This document shows, piece by piece, positions 47,149 to 55,467 of a stretch of DNA of 64,000 nt. The DNA is taken from contig JAOZFT010000004.1 in assembly GCA_027492035.1 (NCBI GenBank), positions 32,001 to 96,000 on the forward strand, read 5' to 3'. Made by a program: the position numbers and the translations under genes. Numbering within the stretch: position 1 is the first letter of the stretch; every line of letters begins with the position of its first letter. The stretch is from Thermoproteota archaeon. Its GTDB lineage: Archaea; Korarchaeota; JAOZGF01; JAOZFZ01. Under the pieces are notes generated by a model. The model was given only the letters and a program-made list of their open reading frames with translations. It was not told the DNA's origin and did no database searches.

Positions 47149-47942
47149 AAATTTGTATTTCCGGGAAAGGGGGTACAGGAAAAACAACTCTTGCAGGGAC
47201 TCTTTCACGCTTGTTCGGGAGGGATGGTTATAAAGTTTTAGCAATAGACGCTGACCCAAACACTACACTAGCTTCAGCACTGGGCATACCGCCTGAAACA
47301 GCTGAAAAAATAATACCTATTTCCGAAAATAAGGAATTAATCAAGGAAAGAACAGGCACCCAACCAGGAAGTTCATGGGGTGTTTTCTTCAACCTTGTAC
47401 CTGATGTAAGAGATATAAAGGATAAGTTCAGTATTCAAGCACCCGACTCAGTATCTTTACTAGTGACTGGAACAATTGAATTCGGTGGAGGAGGCTGCTT
47501 CTGCCCAGCAGCTGCTTTACTGAAAACCCTCCTTAGTTATCTTATAGTGAGGGAGAAGGATGTGGTAATTGTTGACATGGAAGCAGGGCTAGAGCACTTG
47601 GGACGGGGAGTAACAAAAGAATTTGATGTCCTTTTAATCGTAGTAGAACCCAGCCTCAAATCCTTAGAAACAGCCGAGAAGATAAGAAAATTAGCTGAAG
47701 ATTTATCAATAAAGGAAGTATTTGTTGTCCCTAATAAGGTCTCCACTAAAGAACAATCAAGAAGAATCAAGGAGTATCTTTCTAACAAGGGATTTGAAGA
47801 AATAGGGGAAATACCTTATGACACAAACGTGATTGAAGCAGACATGGTTGGTAAAGCTTTACTTGATTACAACCCAAACTCTAAAGCAGTGAAAGCAATA
47901 AAGAAAATTTACCAAGGACTTGTTAAACTAAATCAACATTAA
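47145..47942 (+). CDS. cooC: CooC/AcsF nickel-insertion ATPase
   Basis: GKGGTGKTT, IDADP, GGGCFCP Ni-binding motif, DMEAGLEHLGRG. Confidence 0.92.
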   Translation: MKICISGKGGTGKTTLAGTLSRLFGRDGYKVLAIDADPNTTLASALGIPPETAEKIIPISENKELIKERTGTQPGSSWGVFFNLVPDVRDIKDKFSIQAPDSVSLLVTGTIEFGGGGCFCPAAALLKTLLSYLIVREKDVVIVDMEAGLEHLGRGVTKEFDVLLIVVEPSLKSLETAEKIRKLAEDLSIKEVFVVPNKVSTKEQSRRIKEYLSNKGFEEIGEIPYDTNVIEADMVGKALLDYNPNSKAVKAIKKIYQGLVKLNQH

Positions 47943-47979
47943 AAATCCCTAATCCATAAAAAATTGGAGGAGGGGCTTA

Positions 47980-48657
47980 GTGCCACCTGACTTGCTGACA
48001 GAAATAAAGGAAGCATTAATTTTTGGGAAATACGATACAGTAGAGAAAAAGGTAAATGAAGCATTGAAAAAGAAAGTTCCACCAATGAAAATCCTAAATG
48101 AAGCCTTAATTGAAGGAATGAAAGAAGTCGGGAGGAAATGGATTGATGGCGAAGTTTTTCTAGCCGACGTAATGATGTCAGCTGAAGCAATGAGGAAGGG
48201 AATGAATTTAATTGAGCCATTAATTTCTAAACCAGGAAAGGAAAGGAAGATTAAGGGCAAAGTGTTAATTGCAACCATTTATACCGACATCCATGACATA
48301 GGGAAGAAAATAGTTGCAGCTTTACTGCAAGCTGAGGGGTACGAAGTAATTGATTTAGGAGTTGATGTCCCACCTTCAAAAATAATTGAGGAGGCTTTAA
48401 AGAACAAAGTGGATTTAATTGGTGTTTCATGCCTCTTAACAACCTCTATTCTCTACATAAAAGACTTAATTGACTTCCTTTCCACAAGGAAGCTGAGGAA
48501 TAAATTTATTGTTGCAGTTGGAGGAGCTGCTTTAACAAAAGATAAATCTGAGGAGATAGGGGCTGATCTCTACGCCGAAACAGCGGAGGAAGCAATTAAA
48601 GAAATAAATGAAAAAATTAAAGAGTTTAAAGCAAGAGGTAAGGAGGGAAATGATTGA
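47980..48657 (+). CDS. methyltransferase cognate corrinoid protein (MtmC/MtbC-like)
   Basis: Cap domain (GMKEVG...GEVFLADV), B12 motif DIHDIG...DLGVDVP...SCLLT...VGGA. Confidence 0.92.
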   Translation: MPPDLLTEIKEALIFGKYDTVEKKVNEALKKKVPPMKILNEALIEGMKEVGRKWIDGEVFLADVMMSAEAMRKGMNLIEPLISKPGKERKIKGKVLIATIYTDIHDIGKKIVAALLQAEGYEVIDLGVDVPPSKIIEEALKNKVDLIGVSCLLTTSILYIKDLIDFLSTRKLRNKFIVAVGGAALTKDKSEEIGADLYAETAEEAIKEINEKIKEFKARGKEGND

Positions 48658-50014
48658 CCCCTGGGAGATTATAGGAAGGGGGGAGGAGGGACCCCACATA
48701 CCTGAAAAAGAATTTGACATGAACCTTTTCAAAAAACTAGCTTCTTTAGAGAAAGAGTACGAAATAAAATTCAACGGAGAGCCCCTCCTTCAGGATAAAC
48801 AAATGATAAACTCAATTTATGAAGCAGGTTTAGAGTTAGCTGTAGAAACAGGTTTCTATTTGCTTGACACACAAAGGAGAATTCTTTTCACAGAGGATGA
48901 AATAAAGTATTATTTATCTAAATCCAAGAAAAAACTAGTTTTAGGCGAAGGGAAAGAAGCTGAAGAATTGGTGAAAAGGGAAATCAATGACAAGAAACCT
49001 CCTTTGTTAATAGCAGGAATGGCTGGAACCCCTTTACCGGAAAGGGATTTCTTTATTAAAAGCGCCATGTCATACGTTAAAGAAGAGGTGGTGAAGGGTT
49101 TAGATCATGGCTCAATAACATCAGTTGAAGGGAGAGAAGTAAGAACTGGAAGTCCTTTAGAAATTCATGCAACTAGAAGAGAGATAACTTGGTTAAGGGA
49201 GGCTTTGCAGAGGGTAGGTAGACCTGGTTTACATTTACTAGACGGGGAATCAAGCATAACTTCAAAGGGAGTTTTATCTGTGCTTTCACCAAACTATTTA
49301 AGAAAAACAGACGCATACTTTGTGCCGGTGCTAAATGAAATGAAGACAGATTACGTTAGGTTAAGTAAAGCATTAGCTGGAACAGAATACGGTTGTTTAA
49401 TTGCGAGCTTGGTTGACCCAATTCTTGGAGGATACTCAAGAGGCCCAGAAGGAACAGCTATTTGTTCAATTGCAGAGTTAATACTGAGCAAAATAATTTA
49501 TCAAGCCAACTATTTTCTCCTACATCCCTCAGATATAAGGGTGAAGTCAACAACCACACCTCAGTGTACATGGGTCCTAGGTGCAGTAGGGCAAGCAATA
49601 AGTAAGAACACAGACCTTCTTGTTTTTGCAGATGTTTGGGTTACTTCAGGAGCAGGCACCGAAACTGTTTTCCAAGAAATAGTTCCTAACACCTTAGTGG
49701 CTACCTACTCTTCACTGCATTTATTGGGGCCTGTTACCGCTTGCGGTTTATTACCTAACGGTACAGGTCTTGAGGCAAGATACATGGGGGAAATAGCTGA
49801 AACAACAGCAAAGAAACAGCTTAAACCGGAGATAATTAACGAAGTAGCTTCCCGTTACTTAAATCTCTACATTAACAAGTTATCTTCACCAGATTTAGGA
49901 ATTAGTTTTAAAGGTCTTTACAACATGGAGAAAGTGACACCGAGAAAAGAGTATCTGAACACCTTTGTCGCTAACTTTGAAAAGTTTAAGAAAGAAATAG
50001 GTATCCACGATTAA
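48650..50014 (+). CDS. monomethylamine:corrinoid methyltransferase (MtmB) homolog without pyrrolysine
   Basis: GP..PEKEFD, YEIKF, IYEAGLEL..ETGFY..DTQR...FTEDEI, GSPLE, GRPG, NEMK.DY, GGY..GPEG, GLEAR..GE; no in-frame TAG; start re-assigned to ATG 48650. Confidence 0.85.
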   Translation: MIDPWEIIGRGEEGPHIPEKEFDMNLFKKLASLEKEYEIKFNGEPLLQDKQMINSIYEAGLELAVETGFYLLDTQRRILFTEDEIKYYLSKSKKKLVLGEGKEAEELVKREINDKKPPLLIAGMAGTPLPERDFFIKSAMSYVKEEVVKGLDHGSITSVEGREVRTGSPLEIHATRREITWLREALQRVGRPGLHLLDGESSITSKGVLSVLSPNYLRKTDAYFVPVLNEMKTDYVRLSKALAGTEYGCLIASLVDPILGGYSRGPEGTAICSIAELILSKIIYQANYFLLHPSDIRVKSTTTPQCTWVLGAVGQAISKNTDLLVFADVWVTSGAGTETVFQEIVPNTLVATYSSLHLLGPVTACGLLPNGTGLEARYMGEIAETTAKKQLKPEIINEVASRYLNLYINKLSSPDLGISFKGLYNMEKVTPRKEYLNTFVANFEKFKKEIGIHD

Positions 50015-50051
50015 AAGTTTAGAAAGTTACCTGTTTGCAATGGTTAATTTT

Positions 50052-51422
50052 TCATTGACGTAACCATTTCTTTTCAAGAAACCCTTTGATTTCTCTTGAA
50101 TCAAAAGGCCCAACCAGGACTTCCCAGCCGCTAACATCCTCTATTTCTCCACCTAATTTAGCTGCCCTACCTGGAATAATTATTTTCTTATGTTTAACCT
50201 TTTCTTCAATTCTGTTTTCTTTAATGAGTCTAGCTACACTGTCAGGGTTTATTTTATTCCCTGCAACTGAAGTGTTGACACTTAGCCCTCCTGTGTCAAC
50301 AACAAGCAAGTAAGTTGAAATTCCTTGAATTTTTAAGTCATTTGAAACTATGTGGTAGGTTAGAGAGTAGTTTGTAGTCATCATTACGGGAGAGTTTTCG
50401 TCAGGAGACCCTATCACGTAAAGTCCTGGTTTTATTTGTAACGGAATCCTTGGGTCGATGTAGATTGCTTGTCTTAGCAACATTAAAGGAAGAACTGCCC
50501 ATTTTACGATGTTGGAGAGGATAATTATTCCTCCATACCTTAGAAGAAAGGCTGCTGATGCCATTACCTCCCAGTAATCCTTAAAATTGCCATTATTTAC
50601 CTTGATCAAGTTTGGGAAAACCAAAGTCGGGTAACCTAGAGTTTTAATTTTCTTCTCAACAGCTCCCCTCCTAATAATTGTTAGTGAACTTATTTCATCC
50701 ATTAAGTTTTGACCAGGAGGAATTATTAATATTTCATTAACTCCGAATTGATTTAATCTGGTAATTAAGGTTTTAACTTCCTCTAGATTGCTTCCATGAA
50801 CAGCTACGGGGGTTTTAAATTTCTTTGCAAGCACAGCCATTTGATTCACGTTCATTGACGTAACTGGACATATTAAGGGTTTATCTTCACCCACAAACTC
50901 TAAAGCTTTCATTAAAGAGTAGGGAGTAGTGCTGCAAAGAATTAATGGGAGATTTGTGTGTTGTTTCACTATTTTTAAGGTTTCTACAAATTTTTCAGCG
51001 TTACCAGAAACAGACTTCACAGCAAACATGTTCAGTTTTAACGTCTGCCCCATTCTCTCAATTCTAAATTCTTCAGCTTCCTTTATTTTTTCAATTATTT
51101 CCTCGCTAGACATTCTGTCACTTATTTCTACTGCGAACAAAGCTTCATTGTAGAATTTCTCTTCATGTCTAAACGCAACTTTCTCTCCCCCTATAACTAC
51201 TTTGTTTCTTCCAGTACCTATCTCAACTTTTACAACTGGGGGAGCAGTTTTTGTTAAAAGTGCATCCTTAGCTTCCTCGCTTAAGTAGGGGCATTGTGAA
51301 GGGTTTGCCTTCCCTTCAACTATTTTGAAAGCGAACGCCATACAAGTAGGTACCCCGCATTCTCCACAGTTCTTTTTGGGAAGAAGTTTATAGATGTCGG
51401 TAGGACTTATTTTTTTAGCCAT
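50052..51422 (-). CDS. cdhE: corrinoid Fe-S protein large (gamma) subunit, second divergent paralog
   Basis: IYKLLPKKNCGECGVPTCMAFA..CP, GGEKVAFRHE, RQAIYIDPR.P, TTNYSLTY, DTGGLSV, IIIPG, W.VLVGP; start at ATG 51422. Confidence 0.9.
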   Translation of the reverse strand: MAKKISPTDIYKLLPKKNCGECGVPTCMAFAFKIVEGKANPSQCPYLSEEAKDALLTKTAPPVVKVEIGTGRNKVVIGGEKVAFRHEEKFYNEALFAVEISDRMSSEEIIEKIKEAEEFRIERMGQTLKLNMFAVKSVSGNAEKFVETLKIVKQHTNLPLILCSTTPYSLMKALEFVGEDKPLICPVTSMNVNQMAVLAKKFKTPVAVHGSNLEEVKTLITRLNQFGVNEILIIPPGQNLMDEISSLTIIRRGAVEKKIKTLGYPTLVFPNLIKVNNGNFKDYWEVMASAAFLLRYGGIIILSNIVKWAVLPLMLLRQAIYIDPRIPLQIKPGLYVIGSPDENSPVMMTTNYSLTYHIVSNDLKIQGISTYLLVVDTGGLSVNTSVAGNKINPDSVARLIKENRIEEKVKHKKIIIPGRAAKLGGEIEDVSGWEVLVGPFDSREIKGFLEKKWLRQ

Positions 51423-51433
51423 ATTTGCCGCCT

Positions 51434-52456
51434 TTACCTGGTTTTTAACCACTCCTCCACAGTTATAAACTGCTTAGGTTCATTGAAGAAATTATTAACG
51501 AATTCATTTATCAGCTTCGCTGCTTCAGGGTGTAGGGATGAAGATATGTTTGCTCCAGCCATTATCCCAGTTATTGCCGTTAAAACTTCGAAAGTTATTC
51601 CTGTTTTTTCTGTTTCGAGTTTATCTTCTTCCTGAAGTTCCCTTGCAAGCCAGCTTTCACTTGAAAAAATAATGCTTGGACTTTGAAGGATTTTGTCTCC
51701 TCTAAGGGCCCTTATTTTTACTCTTTCAAGCGTTGAAAAAGTATATTCGATGCCGTAACCTAAAGCCCCCGTGGTCACATCCATAATTATTTCTTTATTT
51801 GTTAATCCAAGGTTTAAGAGGGAGGTATTAAGTTTAAGTGCTTGGTTTACATCCATGTTTGTTTTTGCAAGTACAGGGTGTTTCTTTTCCAGACAAGCCT
51901 TACCTATTTCTTGGAAAGCATTAGTGTACACAGGCCCTATTAAACATTTTTCTCCTTCACATATTTCAGCTGATTTCGTCAATATTTCATTGTTTTTCCT
52001 GTAATCATCCATTTCAATGATGTCCATTACCCCTGTAATTAGGAGGGGGACCTTAACTGCTTGAAGAACTTCCTCAATAACGTTACTTATCTCTTTTTTG
52101 AAAGTTTCATTCCTTATAGAGAAGGCATCTGTCAATCTTAAGTTAACCATTTCTGCTTTAAATTTATTAACAGCTTCTCTACTCCATTCAACAGGGTTAT
52201 CTACCAAGTCACCGAAGAAATTAAACAGGGAACCGGGTAAAGGAGCATGGTAACAATACACTTCGTGAGCTATTCTTGGGGGGTTAGGGTTGATCCCTTC
52301 AAAACTGTAGAGAGGTAAGTATTTGTCTCCCCCTACAGTTACTGAGTAACTTCTAGTTCCCCCTTCAGTTTTTGTGGCCCCAATCTCAACTTCTTTAATT
52401 TCGCCCTCATATTTTTCGAAAGAAATGGGAATACTTGACATTTCAGTTTTCACCAA
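51434..52456 (-). CDS. cdhD: corrinoid Fe-S protein small (delta) subunit, second divergent paralog lacking the N-terminal extension
   Basis: EVEIGATKTEGGTR...VGG, EEVLQAVKVPL, MDVNQA, MDVTTGALGYGIEY, RAL.GD..LQ.P, W.ARE, HP.A. Confidence 0.85.
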   Translation of the reverse strand: MVKTEMSSIPISFEKYEGEIKEVEIGATKTEGGTRSYSVTVGGDKYLPLYSFEGINPNPPRIAHEVYCYHAPLPGSLFNFFGDLVDNPVEWSREAVNKFKAEMVNLRLTDAFSIRNETFKKEISNVIEEVLQAVKVPLLITGVMDIIEMDDYRKNNEILTKSAEICEGEKCLIGPVYTNAFQEIGKACLEKKHPVLAKTNMDVNQALKLNTSLLNLGLTNKEIIMDVTTGALGYGIEYTFSTLERVKIRALRGDKILQSPSIIFSSESWLARELQEEDKLETEKTGITFEVLTAITGIMAGANISSSLHPEAAKLINEFVNNFFNEPKQFITVEEWLKTR

Positions 52457-52633
52457 AAAATTACTTGGGTGAACAGAAACCTCTTTTTCAAATAAGTTTT
52501 TCCCTTAAAACAGTTTATTTGTCTCCTTCTAGAGGTGCAAAGTTCCCTTAGGAAAGGAAACGTGACTTCAAGGATGGGGTTAACACTGGATAATTTCTTT
52601 TGTGAGAGAAAAAATGTAGGTGTTAGGAAAAAA

Positions 52634-54028
52634 TTACTTCCATTTTTCTTGCATAAATTTAGGTATTCCTGAGGAATCTAATGGCCCTACAAGCACTTTC
52701 CAACCGCTTTTTTCCTCTATTTCTCCACTTAACCTTGAAGCTCTGCCAGGGATCACTATTTTTCTATGTTTCACTTTTTCTTCAATTTTGCTTTCCTTAA
52801 TTGAATCTGCGACTCTGTCAGCAGTTAATTTCCTTCCTGCAACAGCTGAATCAACAGATAACCCTTCTGTATCAACAACTAAGAGGTAGCAATCCAGTTT
52901 AGCTGACTGTATATCTGCAGCAACTGTGTAATAGGTTAAAGCGAAGTTGGTAGTGAATAATACAGGTGAGTTTTCGTTAGGTTGTCCAAACGTCCTTATT
53001 CCTGGTTCAACAGCCACAGGTTTCCTTGGGTCTGTATATATGTTTTCTCTTAGGATAATTTGAGGCAGAAGACTCCAACCTTCCAAGTTATGAACTATTA
53101 ATGCATCTGCAAACCTCACTATCAACATACCGGCTAAATATGTTTCCTCCCATTTCTTATCCAGTATACGTCCTTCTTGAGTCCAAGCAGTTATGGGAGT
53201 GCCTATTAACGGGAAACTAAGTAATTCATCATTTTCCTTAAAAGCTGCTCTACGGATCATTGTGAAATTGTTCAGGGTTGCTGAGACTCCATCGCCTGGA
53301 AAAGTACCTGGATCTAGAACTAAATCTTCGATTCCGTACTCTTTCATAGTTTTCACCAATGACTTAAGCAATGTTATATCGTTAGGTGCAAAAATTGTTA
53401 AGGGGCAATTATACATTGAAGCTAGTTCACCCATTTTGTCCCAGTTATCTTTTGTAGCTGCGTAAATAAGAGGCTTGCTGTTTTTAGCTTCTGACAAACC
53501 TGACTTCATGACTTTAGGGTTGAAGGTGCAAAGGATCATTGGTAAACTTGTGTTTTCAACAACTGTTTTAACTGTTTCCCCGAATTTTTCAGGATCTTCT
53601 GTTACTGACCTCACAGCCACCAAGTTTAGCTTTAATTCTTTGCCTATGTAGCTATAGGAGAAGTTTTCAATTTTCTTAACCCTCTCAATTAATTCGTCTT
53701 TAGGCAGGTCATCTGTAACATCTACAGCTATAGCTGTTGGGTTTATGTAAGTTAATTCATGTCTATACATCACATACTCTCCACCTATTTTCACTTCTTT
53801 AGTTGGGCTTTTAATTACTACCTCTTTCAGAGTAGGCTTTATTAAATCCCAAATTTTTTCTCGGTTTCTTCTGTATTTACTTGTTAAAAGAGGTTTACAG
53901 GCGTCAAGTCCAATTTCCATTGCAACAAGTTTAGTTGCAAAAGCCATACAGTTTTCTAGGCCACATTCTTTACAGTTAGTTTTGGGAAGGAGTTTATAGA
54001 TGTCTAGTGGACTTAATTCTTTAGCCAA
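52634..54028 (-). CDS. cdhE: ACDS complex gamma subunit (corrinoid Fe-S protein large subunit)
   Basis: LPKTNCKECGLENCMAFA, GGEYVMYRHE, VLDPGT, RENIYTDPRKP, TTNFALTY, VGPLDSSGIP. Confidence 0.95.
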   Translation of the reverse strand: MAKELSPLDIYKLLPKTNCKECGLENCMAFATKLVAMEIGLDACKPLLTSKYRRNREKIWDLIKPTLKEVVIKSPTKEVKIGGEYVMYRHELTYINPTAIAVDVTDDLPKDELIERVKKIENFSYSYIGKELKLNLVAVRSVTEDPEKFGETVKTVVENTSLPMILCTFNPKVMKSGLSEAKNSKPLIYAATKDNWDKMGELASMYNCPLTIFAPNDITLLKSLVKTMKEYGIEDLVLDPGTFPGDGVSATLNNFTMIRRAAFKENDELLSFPLIGTPITAWTQEGRILDKKWEETYLAGMLIVRFADALIVHNLEGWSLLPQIILRENIYTDPRKPVAVEPGIRTFGQPNENSPVLFTTNFALTYYTVAADIQSAKLDCYLLVVDTEGLSVDSAVAGRKLTADRVADSIKESKIEEKVKHRKIVIPGRASRLSGEIEEKSGWKVLVGPLDSSGIPKFMQEKWK

Positions 54029-54043
54029 GTTGCGTCACCTTTT

Positions 54044-55234
54044 TCAGAATTTTTTAGTAACCCAGTTAATAACTTCCTGAGGTTTTACAGGCTTTTGCTC
54101 CACCAGCCTCTGAATTACCGACTTCACTGTTTCAACTGCTTTGGGATGCATCATCATGAATAAGTCAACTCCAGCTAAAAGCAGAGTTAATGCAGTAACC
54201 ACTTCCCATATTGGTCCTCTTAGCTCCCTAGGTTCCCATTCTGGTCCTAGTTTTATCCATGCTTCTCTAGCAGCCCAAGCATTGGTTGTGCCTGAGGATA
54301 ATGGGTGCTGCAGCTCCTCGTCGCCCATTAACGCAGCAAGCCTCGTCCTTTCCATTATAGTGAATGCATAATCTAAACCATAACCTAAAGCTGCAGTGGT
54401 TGTATCCATTATTATGTTTTCTTTGGGTAAGTACTCGTAGAGTTTACGGTCAAGTTCTTTCTGCTGCTGCATATCCATTGAAGTAAAGGCAATTACGACA
54501 TGGCCGTGCTCCTTAATAGCTTTGGCGGCTTTTTCCAGATCCATGTCCAAGGTAACTGAGTTGATAAGTATTCTTTCTCCTTCAGCAGCCTCAGCCACTT
54601 TCTCAAAAACCTGTAAATCCTTTACAGGGTCTCCGCAACCCCCTACTGTCAAGGGTACTTTAACTGCTTGAAGAACTTCCTCCACTGTTTTCGCAGCCTC
54701 ACTTGGAGAAGTGTTTTCACGTAAGGGGTCTATGCTTTCCATGTGAAGGTTTATCATTTCAGCACCGAATTTGTTGACTGCCTTTTTAGCCCATTCTGCA
54801 GGATCATCTAACACATCTCTCCAATTATTTTTCACTGCTTTAGCCATGGGTATCTTGGTGTCGAAAACATCCAGTGAAACAACAGGGGGGTGGGGAGTAG
54901 GTGATTCAAAAGTGTAAAATGCAGGAGAAGTTTCTCCTCCCACCACTACGGTTTTATCCCTAGTACCTCCTTCCTTTTTAGTGGCTCCGATTTTTACTTC
55001 AACAACTCTTCCAGGGTAAATTTGAATAGGGGGGGTGAATTCAGTCTTTAAAATTTCAGTTGGTTTTTTGATTTGTGGAACAGCGGCAGGGTAGGGAATA
55101 AACCTTTGAGGCACTGGTTCAAACTCCAACTCTGAAAATTCAGCTTCAATGTTTTCTAGGATCATTTCAGAATTGTTTAATTTTTTAATTAGGTCAAGTA
55201 TGGAGTTGAAGAAAGAATTAGCTTCCTCGCTCAA
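54044..55234 (-). CDS. cdhD: ACDS complex delta subunit
   Basis: GATKKEGGTR, EEVLQAVKVPL, MDTTTAALGYGLDY, TNAWAAREAW, RGPIWE, FMMMHP. Confidence 0.95.
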   Translation of the reverse strand: MSEEANSFFNSILDLIKKLNNSEMILENIEAEFSELEFEPVPQRFIPYPAAVPQIKKPTEILKTEFTPPIQIYPGRVVEVKIGATKKEGGTRDKTVVVGGETSPAFYTFESPTPHPPVVSLDVFDTKIPMAKAVKNNWRDVLDDPAEWAKKAVNKFGAEMINLHMESIDPLRENTSPSEAAKTVEEVLQAVKVPLTVGGCGDPVKDLQVFEKVAEAAEGERILINSVTLDMDLEKAAKAIKEHGHVVIAFTSMDMQQQKELDRKLYEYLPKENIIMDTTTAALGYGLDYAFTIMERTRLAALMGDEELQHPLSSGTTNAWAAREAWIKLGPEWEPRELRGPIWEVVTALTLLLAGVDLFMMMHPKAVETVKSVIQRLVEQKPVKPQEVINWVTKKF

Positions 55235-55240
55235 TTAAGT

Positions 55241-55465
55241 CTACCTCTTTTCCTCTTTAGTTTTATGCAAAGTTAGTTTTTCAATACTGAGTTTAACCCC
55301 CTTAATTTTTTGAACTGATCCTTTAGAGGAGGGCTTGATGTGCATTTCATCAAAAGTTAAGTTTATGTTTTCAAGAATGGTTTCTGATTTCTCTATCTCT
55401 TCAATTAATTCTACAACTGTTTTAAGTAAAGGTTTTGGTTCCCTTCTTTCACTCAAGTTTTTCAC
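55241..55465 (-). CDS. 74-aa protein composed of CdhD-N-terminus-like and CdhC-C-terminus-like modules
   Basis: Tightly packed between cdhC (2 nt gap) and cdhD (6 nt gap); visible internal similarity to both neighbours (see findings). Confidence 0.75.
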   Translation of the reverse strand: MKNLSERREPKPLLKTVVELIEEIEKSETILENINLTFDEMHIKPSSKGSVQKIKGVKLSIEKLTLHKTKEEKR

Positions 55466-55467
55466 CT

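Noticed and set aside
49238-49243. TAG trinucleotide (cTAGac) at the pyrrolysine-equivalent region of the MtmB homolog
   Set aside because: It is out of frame (CTA GAC = Leu-Asp) and the ORF is continuous with MtmB-like motifs on both sides, so it is not an amber/Pyl codon.
52500-52633. Purine-rich segment (GGTGC...TTCCC...GGAAAGGAAAC) upstream of cdhD2 considered as a cobalamin riboswitch
   Set aside because: The resemblance is on the strand opposite the downstream genes, and the B12-box and conserved core are not recognisable.
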